Shown one piece after another: positions 1-12,890 of a stretch of 64,000 bases of DNA. The stretch comes from the human T2T-CHM13v2.0 reference genome, Homo sapiens: the NCBI RefSeq assembly GCF_009914755.1, contig NC_060937.1; one strand, written 5' to 3'. Position 1 is the stretch's first letter, and each line of letters begins with the position of its first letter. Under the pieces are notes generated by a model. The model had not been told where the DNA came from and searched no databases. It saw only the letters and a program-made list of their open reading frames with translations. The translations under genes and the position numbers were made by a program.

Positions 1-810
1 CAAAAAACACATGAAAAAATGCTCACCATCACTGGCCATCAGAGAAATGCAAATCAAAACCACAATGAGATACCATCTCACACCAGTTAGAATGGCAATC
101 ATTAAAAAGTCAGGAAACAACAGGTGCTGGAGAGGATGTGGAGAAATAGGAACACTTTTACACTGTTGGTGGGACTGTAAACTAGTTCAACCATTGTGGA
201 AGTCAGTGTGGCGATTCCTCAGGGATCTAGAACTGGAAATACCATTTGACCCAGCCATCCCATTACTGGGTATATACCCAAAGGACTATAAATCATGCTG
301 TTATAAAGACACATGCACACGTATGTTTATTGAGGCATTATTCACAATAGCAAAGACTTGGAACCAACCCAAATGTCCAACAATGATAGACTGGATTAAG
401 AAAATGTGGCACATATACACCATGGAATACTATGCACCCATAAAAAATGATGAGTTCACGTCCTTTGTAGGGACATGGATGAAATTGGAAATCATCATTC
501 TCAGTAAACTATCGCAAGAACAAAAAACCAAACACCGCATATTCTCACTCATAGGTGGGAATTGAACAATAAGAACACATGGACACAGGAAGGGGAACAT
601 CACACTCTGGGGCCTGTTGTGGGGTGGGGGGACGGGGGAGGGATAGCATTGGGAGATATACCTAATGCTTGATGACGAGTTAGTGGGTGCAGCACACCAG
701 CATGGCACATGTATACATATGTAACTAACCTGCACATTGTGCACATGTACCCTAAAACTTAAAGTATAATAATAAAAAAATAAAAAAATAATAATAATCA
801 TAATAATAAT
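1..810 (+). mobile_element. 3' end of a young primate L1 (L1PA2/3-like): ORF2 C-terminus, 3'UTR and A-rich tail
   Basis: ORF 11-565 is the L1 ORF2p C-terminus ([14 protein letters not shown]...IFSLIGGN*); G-rich 3'UTR; GAG rather than the Ta-diagnostic ACA. Confidence 0.93.
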
Positions 811-1089
811 TAGGTTTTCTAATGTGTTTACTTAAAAAAGGTTTTTCAAATCCTTTTGGTAACTTTTTCTCCTCAAGTTTTGCTAAGCTAAATTAAATGA
901 TAGGTATTCATTATCTAGATCATCTCCAAATAACATATAATGCTAAGATATTAATGACTAATTATGAGTTTATAATCTTAAACTTTTGGCTTCATACTTC
1001 AGAGAAACAAAGATACTTAGATGTGTTAATAAAATGTCCTGTTCCACATAAAAAAATTCCATTAGAAAGCCTCTTTCAAAATATTATAA

Positions 1090-1603
<514 letters not shown>

Positions 1604-1681
1604 TAGCTTTTCTTGTAGCACTTCACACTTGAATATCTGATATAAGAACAAACCCTCATTATGATGTGATTTCCCTCAAAC

Positions 1682-1840
1682 TTTATTTTTTATTTTTAGA
1701 GACAAGTTCTTGCTCTGTCAGCCAGGCTGGAGAGCAGTGATCATAGTTCACAGCATCCTCTAACTCCTAGCCTCAAGAGATCCTCCTGCCTCAGCCTCCC
1801 AAAGTCCTGGAATTATAGGCGTGAGCCATTACACCCAGGC
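1682..1840 (-). mobile_element. Alu monomer (FAM/FRAM-like)
   Basis: Single-arm Alu flanked by ccctcaaa repeats. Confidence 0.8.
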
Positions 1841-1880
1841 CCCTCAAATTTTAGAAAATGATGGTTGGCTTCCCTTAAAG

Positions 1881-2206
1881 CAGTGGTCCCCAACCTTTCT
1901 GGCACCAGGGACCAGTTTCATGGAAGACAATTTTTCCATGGGGGCAGGGAAGGGGAGTGGTTTTGGGGACCTCAGATCATCAGGCATTAGATTCTCATAA
2001 GGAGCACACAGCGCAGATCTCTCACATGCACAGTTCACAATAGGGTTCATGCTCCCATGAGAACTGAATGCAGCTGCTGATCTGACAGGAGGCAGAGCTC
2101 AGGCAGTAATGCTCACCTGCCTGCCACTCACCTCCTGCTGTGTGGCCTGGTTCCTAACAGGCCACAGACTGGTACTGGTCTGCGGCCCGAGGGTTGGGGG
2201 CTCCTG
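1881..2206. mobile_element. MER1B-like hAT-Charlie MITE
   Basis: TIRs cagtggtccccaacc / ggttgggggctcctg; 8-bp TSD ccttaaag on both sides. Confidence 0.88.
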
Positions 2207-2634
2207 CCTTAAAGTAAACAAAAGCAGAATCTTGCTAAAAATTGGAGGAAAAAAACAAATGATATTATGTTGTATTTTTATTGTCCATGGGATAGTAATT
2301 TGAGTCCACTGAATAGCTGTCAGAAATAAACTGACTCAGGTAGAGCAAAACAATACTGGATCGTCAGCTACAAAGCCACTAGCCCTACTTAAACTTTTCA
2401 CCAGTTGTCAGCTGATTGCATTAAAGAAAATTACACCACTCTCCTGGAAAGCTCATGTCTTTTGTTAGTAGCATTTGGAATAGGATTGGACAAAGCAAAT
2501 CAGCTTCTGAAAAGGCTAGACACCCTCCCAATTCTCTCTCCCAGCTGAAGGTATTTTTATCCCCTTTCAGCATTTGCAAGTCTTGACAAAATTCCTCTGA
2601 GGACTGGTTATGTTGTTAAAAATAAACTACATAC

Positions 2635-2769
2635 CAAATTCTTCATCGGCAGAAAATGAGCTACTCGTTAGATGTGCTGCTGCCAAAACACTCATTAAAG
2701 TTCCTGGAGCTTCATGCCGCCACTGTTTCCTGTTTCCTGGAATGCCTTCAATCACAATAACTTGGCCAT
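2635..2769 (-). CDS. NEK5: NEK5 long-isoform coding exon (NGQVIVIEGIPGNRKQWRHEAPGTLMSVLAAAHLTSSSFSADEEF)
   Basis: ttcag|ATGGCC...AATTTG|gtatgt; 135 nt, phase 1-1, in frame with the 6300 donor. Confidence 0.88.
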
Positions 2770-3171
2770 CTGAAGAGGAAAGTGTTATTAAAAATAAAAA
2801 TGCTTCTTCACTGGCATTTGTATAAGATCAAAGAATGTTAAAACCTTGGAGGTAACCTAATCCCACCTCTCATTTTATTAATAAAGAAGCCGAGATATAG
2901 AAAAGTTTAGTGACTTCTTGTCACATAGCTGATGAGGGGAAGAGTCATTCATTGCTTTGTAAACTGGCCATTTTGGTGTGATAACAATTTTTATTCTATT
3001 TGCCTATTTTAAATTGATTTATAACTTAATAAGACAATTGAGGGGAAACTCAATTTATAGACATAATTGCTCATTTCAGTGATATACTTACATATTTCAA
3101 CTTACAGCACATGTACAAATTTTAGCTCCCTCTCAGCCCATGTTATCAAGAACATAGGAAATAAGTAATAA

Positions 3172-3534
<363 letters not shown>

Positions 3535-3837
3535 TGCTATGATCCTCTTCTAAGGAAAGGCTATGTGAGAGGTTCAAATGTAAATGATGGAATTTAGGTA
3601 GAAAACATAATCATATCCTAAACACTCCTAACATTTAAATAGCACATTGGCTTCAAAGCAATTTATATGTATCTTTGAACTATTAACTCTCGAAATCTTG
3701 TAGAGATAGCTACTCTTTTAATTCTTATTTTACTGGTGGAAAAAAAAATGACCCGACAACAATGACAACAGCAGCAGCTACCACTACTATGGCTATTACT
3801 GTGCTCAGCAGTAATAACATACTATTAAGAATGACAA

Positions 3838-5961
3838 TCTCTCCCTCTCCCTCTCCCCACGGTCCCCCTCTCCCCACGGTCCCCCTCTCCCCACGGTCTC
3901 CCTCTCCCTCTCTTTCCACGGTCTCCCTCTGATGCCGAGCTGAAGCTGGACTGTACTGTTGCCATCTCGGCTCACTGCAACCTCCCTGCCTGATTCTCCT
4001 GCCTCAGCCTGCCGAGTGCCCGTGATTACAGACACGCGTCGCCACGCCTGACTGGTTTTCGTACTTTTTTGGTGGAGACGGGGTTTCGCTGTGTTGGCCG
4101 GGCTGGTCTCCAGCTCCTAACCGCGAGTGATCTGCCAGCCTCGGCCTCCCGAGGTGCCGGGTTTGCAGACGGAGTCTGGTTCACTCAGTGCTCAATGGTG
4201 CCCAGGCTGGAGTGCAGTGGCGTGATCGCGGCTCGCTACAACCTCCACCTCCCAGCCGCCTGCCTTGGCCTCCCAAAGTGCTGAGATTGCAGCCTCTGCC
4301 CGGCCGCCACCCCGTCTGGGAAGTGAGGAGCGTCTCTGCCCGGCCGCCCATCGTCTGGGACGTGAGGAGCCCCTCTGCCTGGCTGCCCAGTCTGGAAAGT
4401 GAGGAGCGTCTCTGCCCAGCCGCCATCCCATCTAGGAAGTGAGGAGCATCTCTGCCCGGCCACCCATCGTCTGAGATGTGGGGAGCACCTCTGCCCTGCC
4501 GCCCCGTCTGGGATGTGAGAAGCGCCTCTGCCCGGCCGCGACCCCGTCTGGGAGGTGAGGAGCGTCTCTGCCCGGCCGCCCCATCTGAGAAGTGAGGAGA
4601 CCCTCCGCCTGGCAACCGCCCCATCTGAGAAGTGAGGAGCCCCTTCGCCCGGCAGCCACCCTGTCTGGGAAGTGAGGAGCGTCTCCGCCCGGCAGCCTCC
4701 CCATCCGGGAAGGAGGTGGGGGTCAGCCCCTGCCAGGCCAGCCGCCCCGTCCGGGAGGGAGGTGGGGGGGTCAGCCCCCCGCCCAGCCAGCCACCCCGTC
4801 CGGGAGGGAGGTGGGGGGGGGGGTCAGCCCCCCGCCCGGCCAGCTGCCCCATCCGGGAGGGAGGTGGGGGGGTCAGCCCCCCGCCCGGCCAGCCACCCCA
4901 TCCGGGAGGTGAGGGGTGCCTCTGCCCGGCCGCCCCTACTGGGAAGTCAGGAGCCCCTCTGCCTGGCCAGCCGCCCTGTCCGGGAGGGAGGTGGGGGGGT
5001 CAGCCCCCCGCCCGGCCAGCCGCCCCGTCCGGGAGGGAGGTGGGGGGGTCAGCCCCCCGCCCAGCCAGCCGCCCCGTCCGGGAGGTGAGGGGCGCCTCTG
5101 CCCGGCCGCCCCTACTGGGAAGTGAGGAGCCCCTCTGCCTGGCCAGCCGCCCCATCCAGGAGGGAGGTGGGGGGGTCAGCCCCCCCGCCCGGCCAGCCGC
5201 CCCGTCCGGGAGGTGGGGGAGCCAGCCCCCCGCCCGGCCAGCCACCCCGTCCGGGAGGGAGGTGGGGGGGGTCAGCCCCCCGCCCGGCCAGCCGCCCCGT
5301 CTGGGAGGGAGGTGGGGGGGTCAGCCCCCCGCCTGGCCAGCCGCCCCGTCCGGGAGGTGAGGGGCACCTCTGCCCGGCCGCCCCTACTGGGATGTGAGGA
5401 GCCCCTCTGCCCGGCCACCACCCTGTCTGGGAGGTGTACCCAACAGCTCATTGAGAACGGGCCGGGATGACAATGGCGGTTTTGTGGAATAGAAAGGGCG
5501 GAAAGGTGGGGAAAAGATTGAGAAATCGGATGGTTGCCGTGTCTGTGTAGAAAGAAGTAGACATGGGAGACTTTTCATTTTGTTCCGTACTAAGAAAAAT
5601 TCTTCTGCCTTGGGATCCTGCTAATCGGTGACCTTACCCCCAACCCTGTGCTCTCTGAAACATGTGCTGTGTCCACTCAGAGATGAATGGATTAAGGGCA
5701 GTGCAAGATGTGCTTTGTTAAACAGATGCTTGAAGGCAGCATGCTCGTTAAGAATCATCACCACTCCCTAATCTCAAGTACCCAGGGACACAAACACTGC
5801 GGAAGGCCACAGGGTCCTCTGCCTAGAAAAACCAGAGACCTTTGTTCACTTGTTTATCTGCTGACCTTCCCTCCACTATTGTCCTATGACCCTGCCAAAT
5901 CCCCCTCTGCGAGAAACACCCAAGAATGATCAATAAAAAATAAAAATTAAAAAAAAAAAAA
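3838..5961 (+). mobile_element. Full-length SVA (SVA_D-like) retrotransposon, antisense to NEK5
   Basis: CCCTCT hexamers, Alu-like domain, GC-rich VNTR (~4300-5430), SINE-R, AATAAA and poly-A; probable TSD aa(g/a)aatgac. Confidence 0.97.
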
Positions 5962-6222
5962 TGACCCTATGAAATCGCAAAAAAAGTTGTTGAGCTGGCC
6001 TTGGAAGGTAAATCAAGTCAGCTGTCCTTCCTCACGCATTTTCCCTCACTCTGAGGAAGGTGGCATCCTGGATTTTTCCTCCTTTATATGTGCATGTCTA
6101 GAGTGGTCATTTGTCCAGGATAATTAGCAGGCAAGTCTCTTTAGGCATAGGGAGATATCAAAACAACATATTTGAAAGTGTCTGATACAAGATCTATAGG
6201 GTGTATAGTGAGAAGTAGACTA

Positions 6223-6299
6223 TCACATCAGGATGAGCACTGGGCTGTACGGGTCCTTGGTCTTCCCTTCCTGACGACTGACGCTAAGCACAGACTCAC
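6223..6299 (-). CDS. NEK5: Read-through extension of the previous exon giving the short-isoform C-terminus (SESVLSVSRQEGKTKDPYSPVLILM*)
   Basis: Frame stays open past the donor to TGA at 6225-6223; matches the C-terminus recalled for the 708-aa isoform. Confidence 0.75.
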
Positions 6300-6425
6300 T
6301 GTCAGGCCCCGTGGGGCAGGTGGAGGTGATGTCGGCCACTGCCATCATCTGCAGCAGAGTCTGAGGCGCTCCTCCATCCCACTGCCTCCTGTTTCCCACA
6401 GCAGCTACAGTCTGCGTGGAAAACC
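6300..6425 (-). CDS. NEK5: NEK5 coding exon (GFSTQTVAAVGNRRQWDGGAPQTLLQMMAVADITSTCPTGPD)
   Basis: cccag|GGTTTT...CTGACA|gtgagt; 126 nt, phase 1-1. Confidence 0.93.
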
Positions 6426-7339
6426 CTGGGTGTAAGAAAACAACTCATTAATTCGAAAGCAGTCAAAGTGTGACTAATTGTCCCAAACACTTCTTAGGAA
6501 CTCAGAGGCAGTTTATCAGCAGGTATGTTCAAAACCAGAAAAATGACCACCCTTGTTCTAACAGATATAAGACTGAAATGACAAAAAGGTGTCAACACTG
6601 TTTTACTTTTACTCTTAGTGTTTGACTGACTAGCCAATATTGCTAAATGCTAAGGAAATATCAGTGACACAAATGGACTTCCTTGAGGCATCTATGAGAA
6701 CTTTCAATCTAGTCTTTTTCCACAGAAACAAAATCTGTTCCATTTTCTTAATTTAAAAAATAACTTGTTCTGTCTTTTTCCTTATTACTGTTTTCACTAT
6801 AGAAAATCTGAAAATCAGGTAGGTAGAAGAAAAAAAAAAATCACCCATAATCTCACTGTCCAGAGACTATAATAATTTCAATTTTTCCCTTCTGCATATG
6901 GTTTTTGCTTTGTTTTGAAACAAAAAATTGGACCACATACTACATGTCCTCTCAGAGCTTGCTTTTTTCAATCAGCTACAGATCATATCCAGGTTATTAA
7001 GTATTCTTCTATACAGCTGTTTTAAAGCAATCATAATATTCTGCTTTATGAATGTAATATAACTAATCATTTCCTGCCAGATTTTTAGGTTGCTAGTGAT
7101 TTTTCACTATTAAAAATAATACCATTATATAATGACCTCATTTGTAGCTAAATTTTTGTGGACATTTATGATTATTTAAACTAGATACATTATTGAAAAT
7201 GACAATTCTAGGGGTTAGTATGATTTGCTTTATTACAGCTTTTTGTTGTTAAAGTTGAATTATTACTAATTTATTCTGTGGTTTTTTTTTCTATGTATTT
7301 TGAACAGATAGCTCTTCCCTGTTCAAAAAAAATTAACTC

Positions 7340-7736
<397 letters not shown>

Positions 7737-8107
7737 TCACAATCTTCCCCAAACTGTTAACCAATTGGCCCAGCAGCATTTATCTGAATAATCCTTTCTT
7801 TTCACGCTGACTTGTGATGTTACTTTTCATTTGTGCTGAATTATGATACATACTAGGATCTGTTTCTAACTTTCTCTTCTCACTGTTTTAACTATTTGGG
7901 TGCTACTATCATATTGTGTGAATGACTATAATTTCTGTAATATATTTTGACATTTGGAAATGTAAGTACCACTTCACTGTTCTTCTTTTTCAAAATTTTT
8001 GGCCACTTAAGAAGCTCCAGGATTCTCCAACCTGCCAAGATCTCCCTATACCATTAAAAAAAAAATCCTACTGTGGTTTTGATTGAAATAGCCATAAATC
8101 CACATAT

Positions 8108-9125
8108 TGAGGGAGGAGAAAGAAAGAATCAGTTAGGCAGGCAGTTAGGGCAGGTCCTCAGAATTCTTTCAAACAAAAGAACAGTCTGAAAAATCAAGCT
8201 GCAGACACAGATAAGGGAACTAGCACAGGAAGCTTGCCTAAAACATGCCCACAGCTGCACAGATAAGGGAGCAAAGTCCAACACAGAAATGCCTTTGTTC
8301 TTTGTGCAATCAGTGGGCCTCTAGCAAATAGTTCCTTCTCCTTTTGTGGGCATGTACATGGTGGGCCCCAGTGAGCACATTCCTTTCCTTTTTGGGGCAT
8401 ACTTTGGACTGTGAGCCAAGCCTCTGTGAACCATCACTCCAACACTCAGCTGGTTGTGGGCCAAGGCTCCAACTGGTCTTTACACCACGTCATTTTTTTT
8501 TTTTTTTTTTTGAGATGGAGTCTTGCTTGCTCTGTCACCCAGCTGGAGTGTGACTGGAGTGTGGTGGCACAATCTTGTCTCACTGCAACCTTCACCTCCC
8601 AGGTCCAAGTGATTCTTGTGGCTCAGCCTCCCAAGTAGCTGAGATTACAGGTGTGCACCACCACACCTGGCTAATTTTTGTATTTTTAGTAGAGATGGGC
8701 TTTAGCCATATTGGCCAGGCTAGTCTCGAACTCCTGGCCTTGAGAGATCTGCCCACCTCAGCCTCCCAAAGTGCTGGGATTACAGGCATGAACTACCATG
8801 CCTGGTCAACCATCATGTCATTTTCTGAGTGGTGCCTTTTCCAAAAACAACCCCTAGCCAGTCAGCATACTAGGAGAACAGGGTGGAGCTGCCAGAAATT
8901 CATGCCTTATGCAAATGAAACCCCCAGCCCTATCAGGTTCCTCATAAAAGCCTTTGTACTCAGCTGTGAAATGGCAACCCTCTTGGGTCCCCTCTCCACA
9001 GTGAAGAGCTTTCCTCTTTTGTTTATTAAATTTTCGGTCCAAACTCACCCTTACTGTCCACCCTCCTTATTCTTTTGGTCGTGAGACAAAGAGTTCTGGG
9101 TAATACCTCAGACAACGATACTGCA
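8108..9125 (+). mobile_element. Probable ERV1-class solo LTR interrupted by an Alu
   Basis: Starts TG; TATA-like ataaaa and attaaa signal in the 3' half; LTR-like wording; family not resolved. Confidence 0.6.
8493..8806 (-). mobile_element. Alu inserted in the LTR
   Basis: Alu consensus; TSD-like caccacgtcatttt / catcatgtcatttt. Confidence 0.92.
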
Positions 9126-9280
9126 ATATTTATTTGGAAAAAATATTTCCAATATATAGCACCGTTATTTCTCTCCATTTATTCAAGTGGTCTGTAAATA
9201 CCTCAGTAAGGTTTTACAGTTTTCTTTCTATATGCCGCACAATTCTCATAAAATTTATTCCTAAGTGGATGAATACACAA

Positions 9281-9282
<2 letters not shown>

Positions 9283-9316
<34 letters not shown>
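9283..9316. repeat. (CA)n microsatellite
   Basis: Direct reading. Confidence 0.95.
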
Positions 9317-9318
<2 letters not shown>

Positions 9319-9506
9319 ATATATATTTGCTGTTATTACTATAAATGAGATCTGACAACCAACTGAGGAAAACATTTGCAATACATATTACAGGCAAAGG
9401 TTTGATTTAAATCAGTCTTATAAAGAAAAAAACAAACATGCCATTTTCAGTAGAAAAAAGGATGAAGGGCATGAGTACATAATTCATAACAGAAATATGA
9501 AGGGTT

Positions 9507-9826
9507 GGCCAGGCGTGGTGGCTCACGCCTGTAATCCCAGCACTTTGGGAGGCCAAGGTGGGCAGATCACCTGAGATCAAGAGTTCAAATACCAGCCTGG
9601 CAAACATGGTGAAACCTCATCTCTACTAAAAATATTTTAAAAATCAGCTAGGCGTGGTGGCGCGCACCTATGCCAGCTACTCAAGGAGGCTGAGGCAGGA
9701 GAATCGCTTGAACCCAGGAGGCGGAGGTTACAGTGAGCCAAGATTGTGCCACTGCACTCCAGCCTGGGCGACAGAGGGAGACTCCCTCTCAAAAAAAAAA
9801 CAAAAAAAGAAAAAAGAAAAAAAAAG
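9507..9826 (+). mobile_element. AluS
   Basis: Alu consensus; TSD-like agaaatatgaa. Confidence 0.94.
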
Positions 9827-11197
9827 GAGAAATATGAATGGTCAACAAACATACGGAAAAATCCTTCAGCCTAAATAATAATTACAGGAATACAGATTAA
9901 AATGAGAGACAATTTTCAGTATACTACTGATGAAGGTTTTTTTTTCTTTCATCTAAAAAACAGCCAACCCCCTCTGCTTTTCCCAGCAAACTGATGCAAA
10001 GATAACCATTGAATTTACCCCTTACACAGTTGACTGCTTTCCCTGAGGCCATTAACGGCTCCTGAAGGGCCAAATCCCACTCACCTCATCTGGCCTTTCT
10101 CTTCCAGTTGATGCTGCCAATTCCTGTGCCTCCTCCATGACCTGTCTCTCCTCCTTTGGCTTTACTCTCTCCTGATTCTCCAAAGTTTGTTTATATAGTG
10201 GTAGGGTTATGTCCTAAGCTCCATTTCCTTCTCACTCCAGTCCTTCTGCATAGGTATTTTGACCATCACCAAAGTTAAAAACCACGGATATGCTAAGGGC
10301 CACCAAGCTATATCTTTATCCCTGATATGCCCCAGGCCTTCAGTCTTATATAGAATCTGCAACTGATGCTCTATAGACCTAAATCTCAACATGTTCCAAA
10401 TTTAGATCACTACCTTGTCTCTCCCGACCCCATTACCCTCCATGTGATGTATTTTTGGTTGATGAAAGCTTCATGCATTTGAATTAGAAAACTGGGAATA
10501 TCCTTGAGCCCCTTCTCTTCCTCAGTTCCCACACTCAGTATCTATTCTCCCTGCACCACTCTGGCTCATGCACTTGGACTCTTCTCCTGCCTTCAGTCTT
10601 GCCCTCCATGCCATCCTTTGCTCTGCAGCCAGCATGATCCTTCTCAATCACAAAAATGATGGCATGTGAAGCCCTGGAGGAGTGCGGACCTCCCTGACTC
10701 TCCACCCAGCTCGCACTTCAAACAGTGATTAACATTTCAGGCTCAGAAAACATGTTTTGTGACTTTTTTGCTCATAACACTTCTGTGATATTGAGAACAG
10801 GGCCCAGATTTCATTCATCTTTGAGCTCCCTACCAGTGAGCAGTCTTTGGCACAAAGGAGATCCTCAATAAGATGCCTGCTGAATGGAGATTTTTCCAGA
10901 AGGAAATGAGGCAGAGAGTATTCCAGGAAGAGGAAACTGAGCCAAGTCAGTTCTGTAAATGCTGTAGGAGAAAATGGGCATTCCAGCTGTAGGAGAAAAT
11001 GGGCATTCCAGCAGGCTGTATGGATCCCATTTTCCATGGAAGGAAAGAGGCCATGCTGGGATGAGAAAAGTGGGTCACAGCAGAATTAGGCCATGTAGTG
11101 TTAAATGTGATAATATGTGGAATGGACCTTATTCTGCAGGTATTATCCAAAAAAAAATCTGAGCAGAGTAATAATATGCCAAGATAACTTTAGTAAC

Positions 11198-11552
11198 TGA
11201 TATCGTTTGGCTGTGTCCCACCCAAATCTCATCTTGAATTCCTGTGTGTTGTGGGGTGACCCAGAGGGAGGTGGTTGAATCATGGGGGCGGATCTTTCCC
11301 ATGCTGTTCTCGTGATGGTGAATGAGTCTCACGAGATAAGATGGTTTTAAAAAGAGGAGTTCCTCTGCACAAGTTCTTTCTCTTTGCCTGCTGCCATCCA
11401 TGTAAAATGTGACTTGCTTTTCCTTGCCTTCCACCATGATTGTGAGGCTTCCCCAGCCATGTGGAACTGTAAGTCCAATTAAACCTCTTTCTTTTGTAAA
11501 TTGCTCAGTCTCAGGTATGTCTTTATCAGCAGCAAGAAAATGGACTAATACA
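11198..11552 (+). mobile_element. THE1 (ERVL-MaLR) solo LTR
   Basis: tgatatcgtttggctgtgtccc...ggactaataca; 5-bp TSD gtaac. Confidence 0.92.
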
Positions 11553-11659
11553 GTAACCATTTAGAGAATGAAGGGGAAATACTAGAGAAAGAAGGTCACA
11601 TAAGCAAATAAGGCAATACAGCAAGGGGAAGGAAAAGGGAAAATGAAAAGACAGCACTT

Positions 11660-11885
11660 AATTTAGGCACCTAGTATGTGCCAGGTCGTTTATACATCAA
11701 AACTCACTTTGGTCCTCACAATTACCCTGTGTGGTTATTCCTACTACTATTATCCCCTGTTCCTAAGGTGAAACTGAGATTCAGTGTTGGAATAACTTGT
11801 GAAAGAAAGGTCACATAACCAGAAGGTGGCAGCAACAGCTGAGATTCAATTCCCATCTGTCTCTGAAGCCTACACCACACTACTG
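11660..11885 (-). mobile_element. MIR
   Basis: gaaactgag...aaggtcaca...gattcaa core motifs. Confidence 0.7.
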
Positions 11886-11964
11886 AGAGATGACAGAGCC
11901 CTAAACCAGTAACAGAGAGAATGAAGGAAGAGGAAGACTCCAGAGACATCTCAGAATAGACACT

Positions 11965-12389
11965 ATGCTAAGGGTGCACCCTGGTGACAGCACTGACTGT
12001 GAAGTTCTCATAAGATAAGTAAACAACAAAAAGGGAGGGGTCCCAGGTTGGGGGTGGGGATGGGGGAACAACTGTTCTGAGAGATGACTCATCACAGACA
12101 AGCTGCTGTCACATCCTGTTCCCAAATACCTCATTCCTTCCACATGTAGCCCAAGCAGCAAAACCTTATCTGCACACCTTATCAGCATGTAGCTCCTCCA
12201 ATATGACCCTATAAAACTTCCCTCTAGCCCCTGCCTCTTAGCAGACAGCCTCTTCTCTGCTGTGCTGCCCATTGCACTCTTGCAACGTATCTCTGTACTT
12301 TAATAAATCTGCCTTTCTTTACTTACAATTGTGTTGATAAATTCTTTTACTGCCCACAACACTGGCCCCAGCCAGTTGCATCTGTGACA
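11965..12389 (+). mobile_element. Solo LTR (LTR47-like)
   Basis: TATAAAA, AATAAA and terminal ...tgtgaca; similar to recalled LTR47 wording. Confidence 0.6.
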
Positions 12390-12763
12390 CTAACCAAAAT
12401 AAAGGGTCACTGGGAAGAGCACAGAAGAGCTTGACTTTACACAGCTGAGTTTCAGATACTGGCAACACTTGTCCATGGAGCTTCCCAGAAGACAATGAGA
12501 AAGACTGGTAAGTCTGGAGCTCCTGGGAGAAGCCAAAGCTGCAAGAGGGAGTGGGTATGGAGCAGGAGAGGAGGGCTGGATCTCAGGGAGTGTGGCCACT
12601 GCATGGGTGGCAGGAGAATAATAAGTGTGTTTCTGCCTTGCTTAGAGAGGGCAGAAAGGGGTCAAGTAACAGTGGAGCCGAGGCAGATGCATGGGGACAG
12701 AGTTCAAAATGGGTTGCTAATAAAACAGTTCCTTCTCATTTACAACTTTCAAGAAACACATAC

Positions 12764-12890
12764 CTGCTTCTGGGCAGTGAAGTTTTTCAAATGCTTTGTC
12801 TGTATAATCTCCATGCTCCTTTACACATTCATATTCCTTAAACTTCATGCCATCCTCAAAGGTCAAAGTTTCATTTGGTATATCCATTGC
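12764..12890 (-). CDS. NEK5: NEK5 coding exon (AMDIPNETLTFEDGMKFKEYECVKEHGDYTDKAFEKLHCPEA)
   Basis: tttag|GCAATG...GAAGCAG|gtatgt; 127 nt, phase 0-1. Confidence 0.93.

Noticed and set aside
11-565. 184-aa ORF
   Set aside because: It is the C-terminus of L1 ORF2p, not a host gene. Whether the element is intact cannot be judged because it extends outside the window.
3745-3826. Degenerate trinucleotide run giving a hydrophobic Val/Ala ORF on the minus strand
   Set aside because: Low-complexity decayed microsatellite with no splice support.
4300-5430. Array of ~37-50-bp repeats that could be mistaken for a CRISPR-like array
   Set aside because: No unique spacers; this is the standard SVA VNTR in a human intron.
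4069-5929. Many long Pro/Gly/Arg-rich ORFs (up to ~250 aa) here and at 20215-21715
   Set aside because: They come from the stop-poor GC-rich SVA VNTR and Alu-like domain, not from genes.
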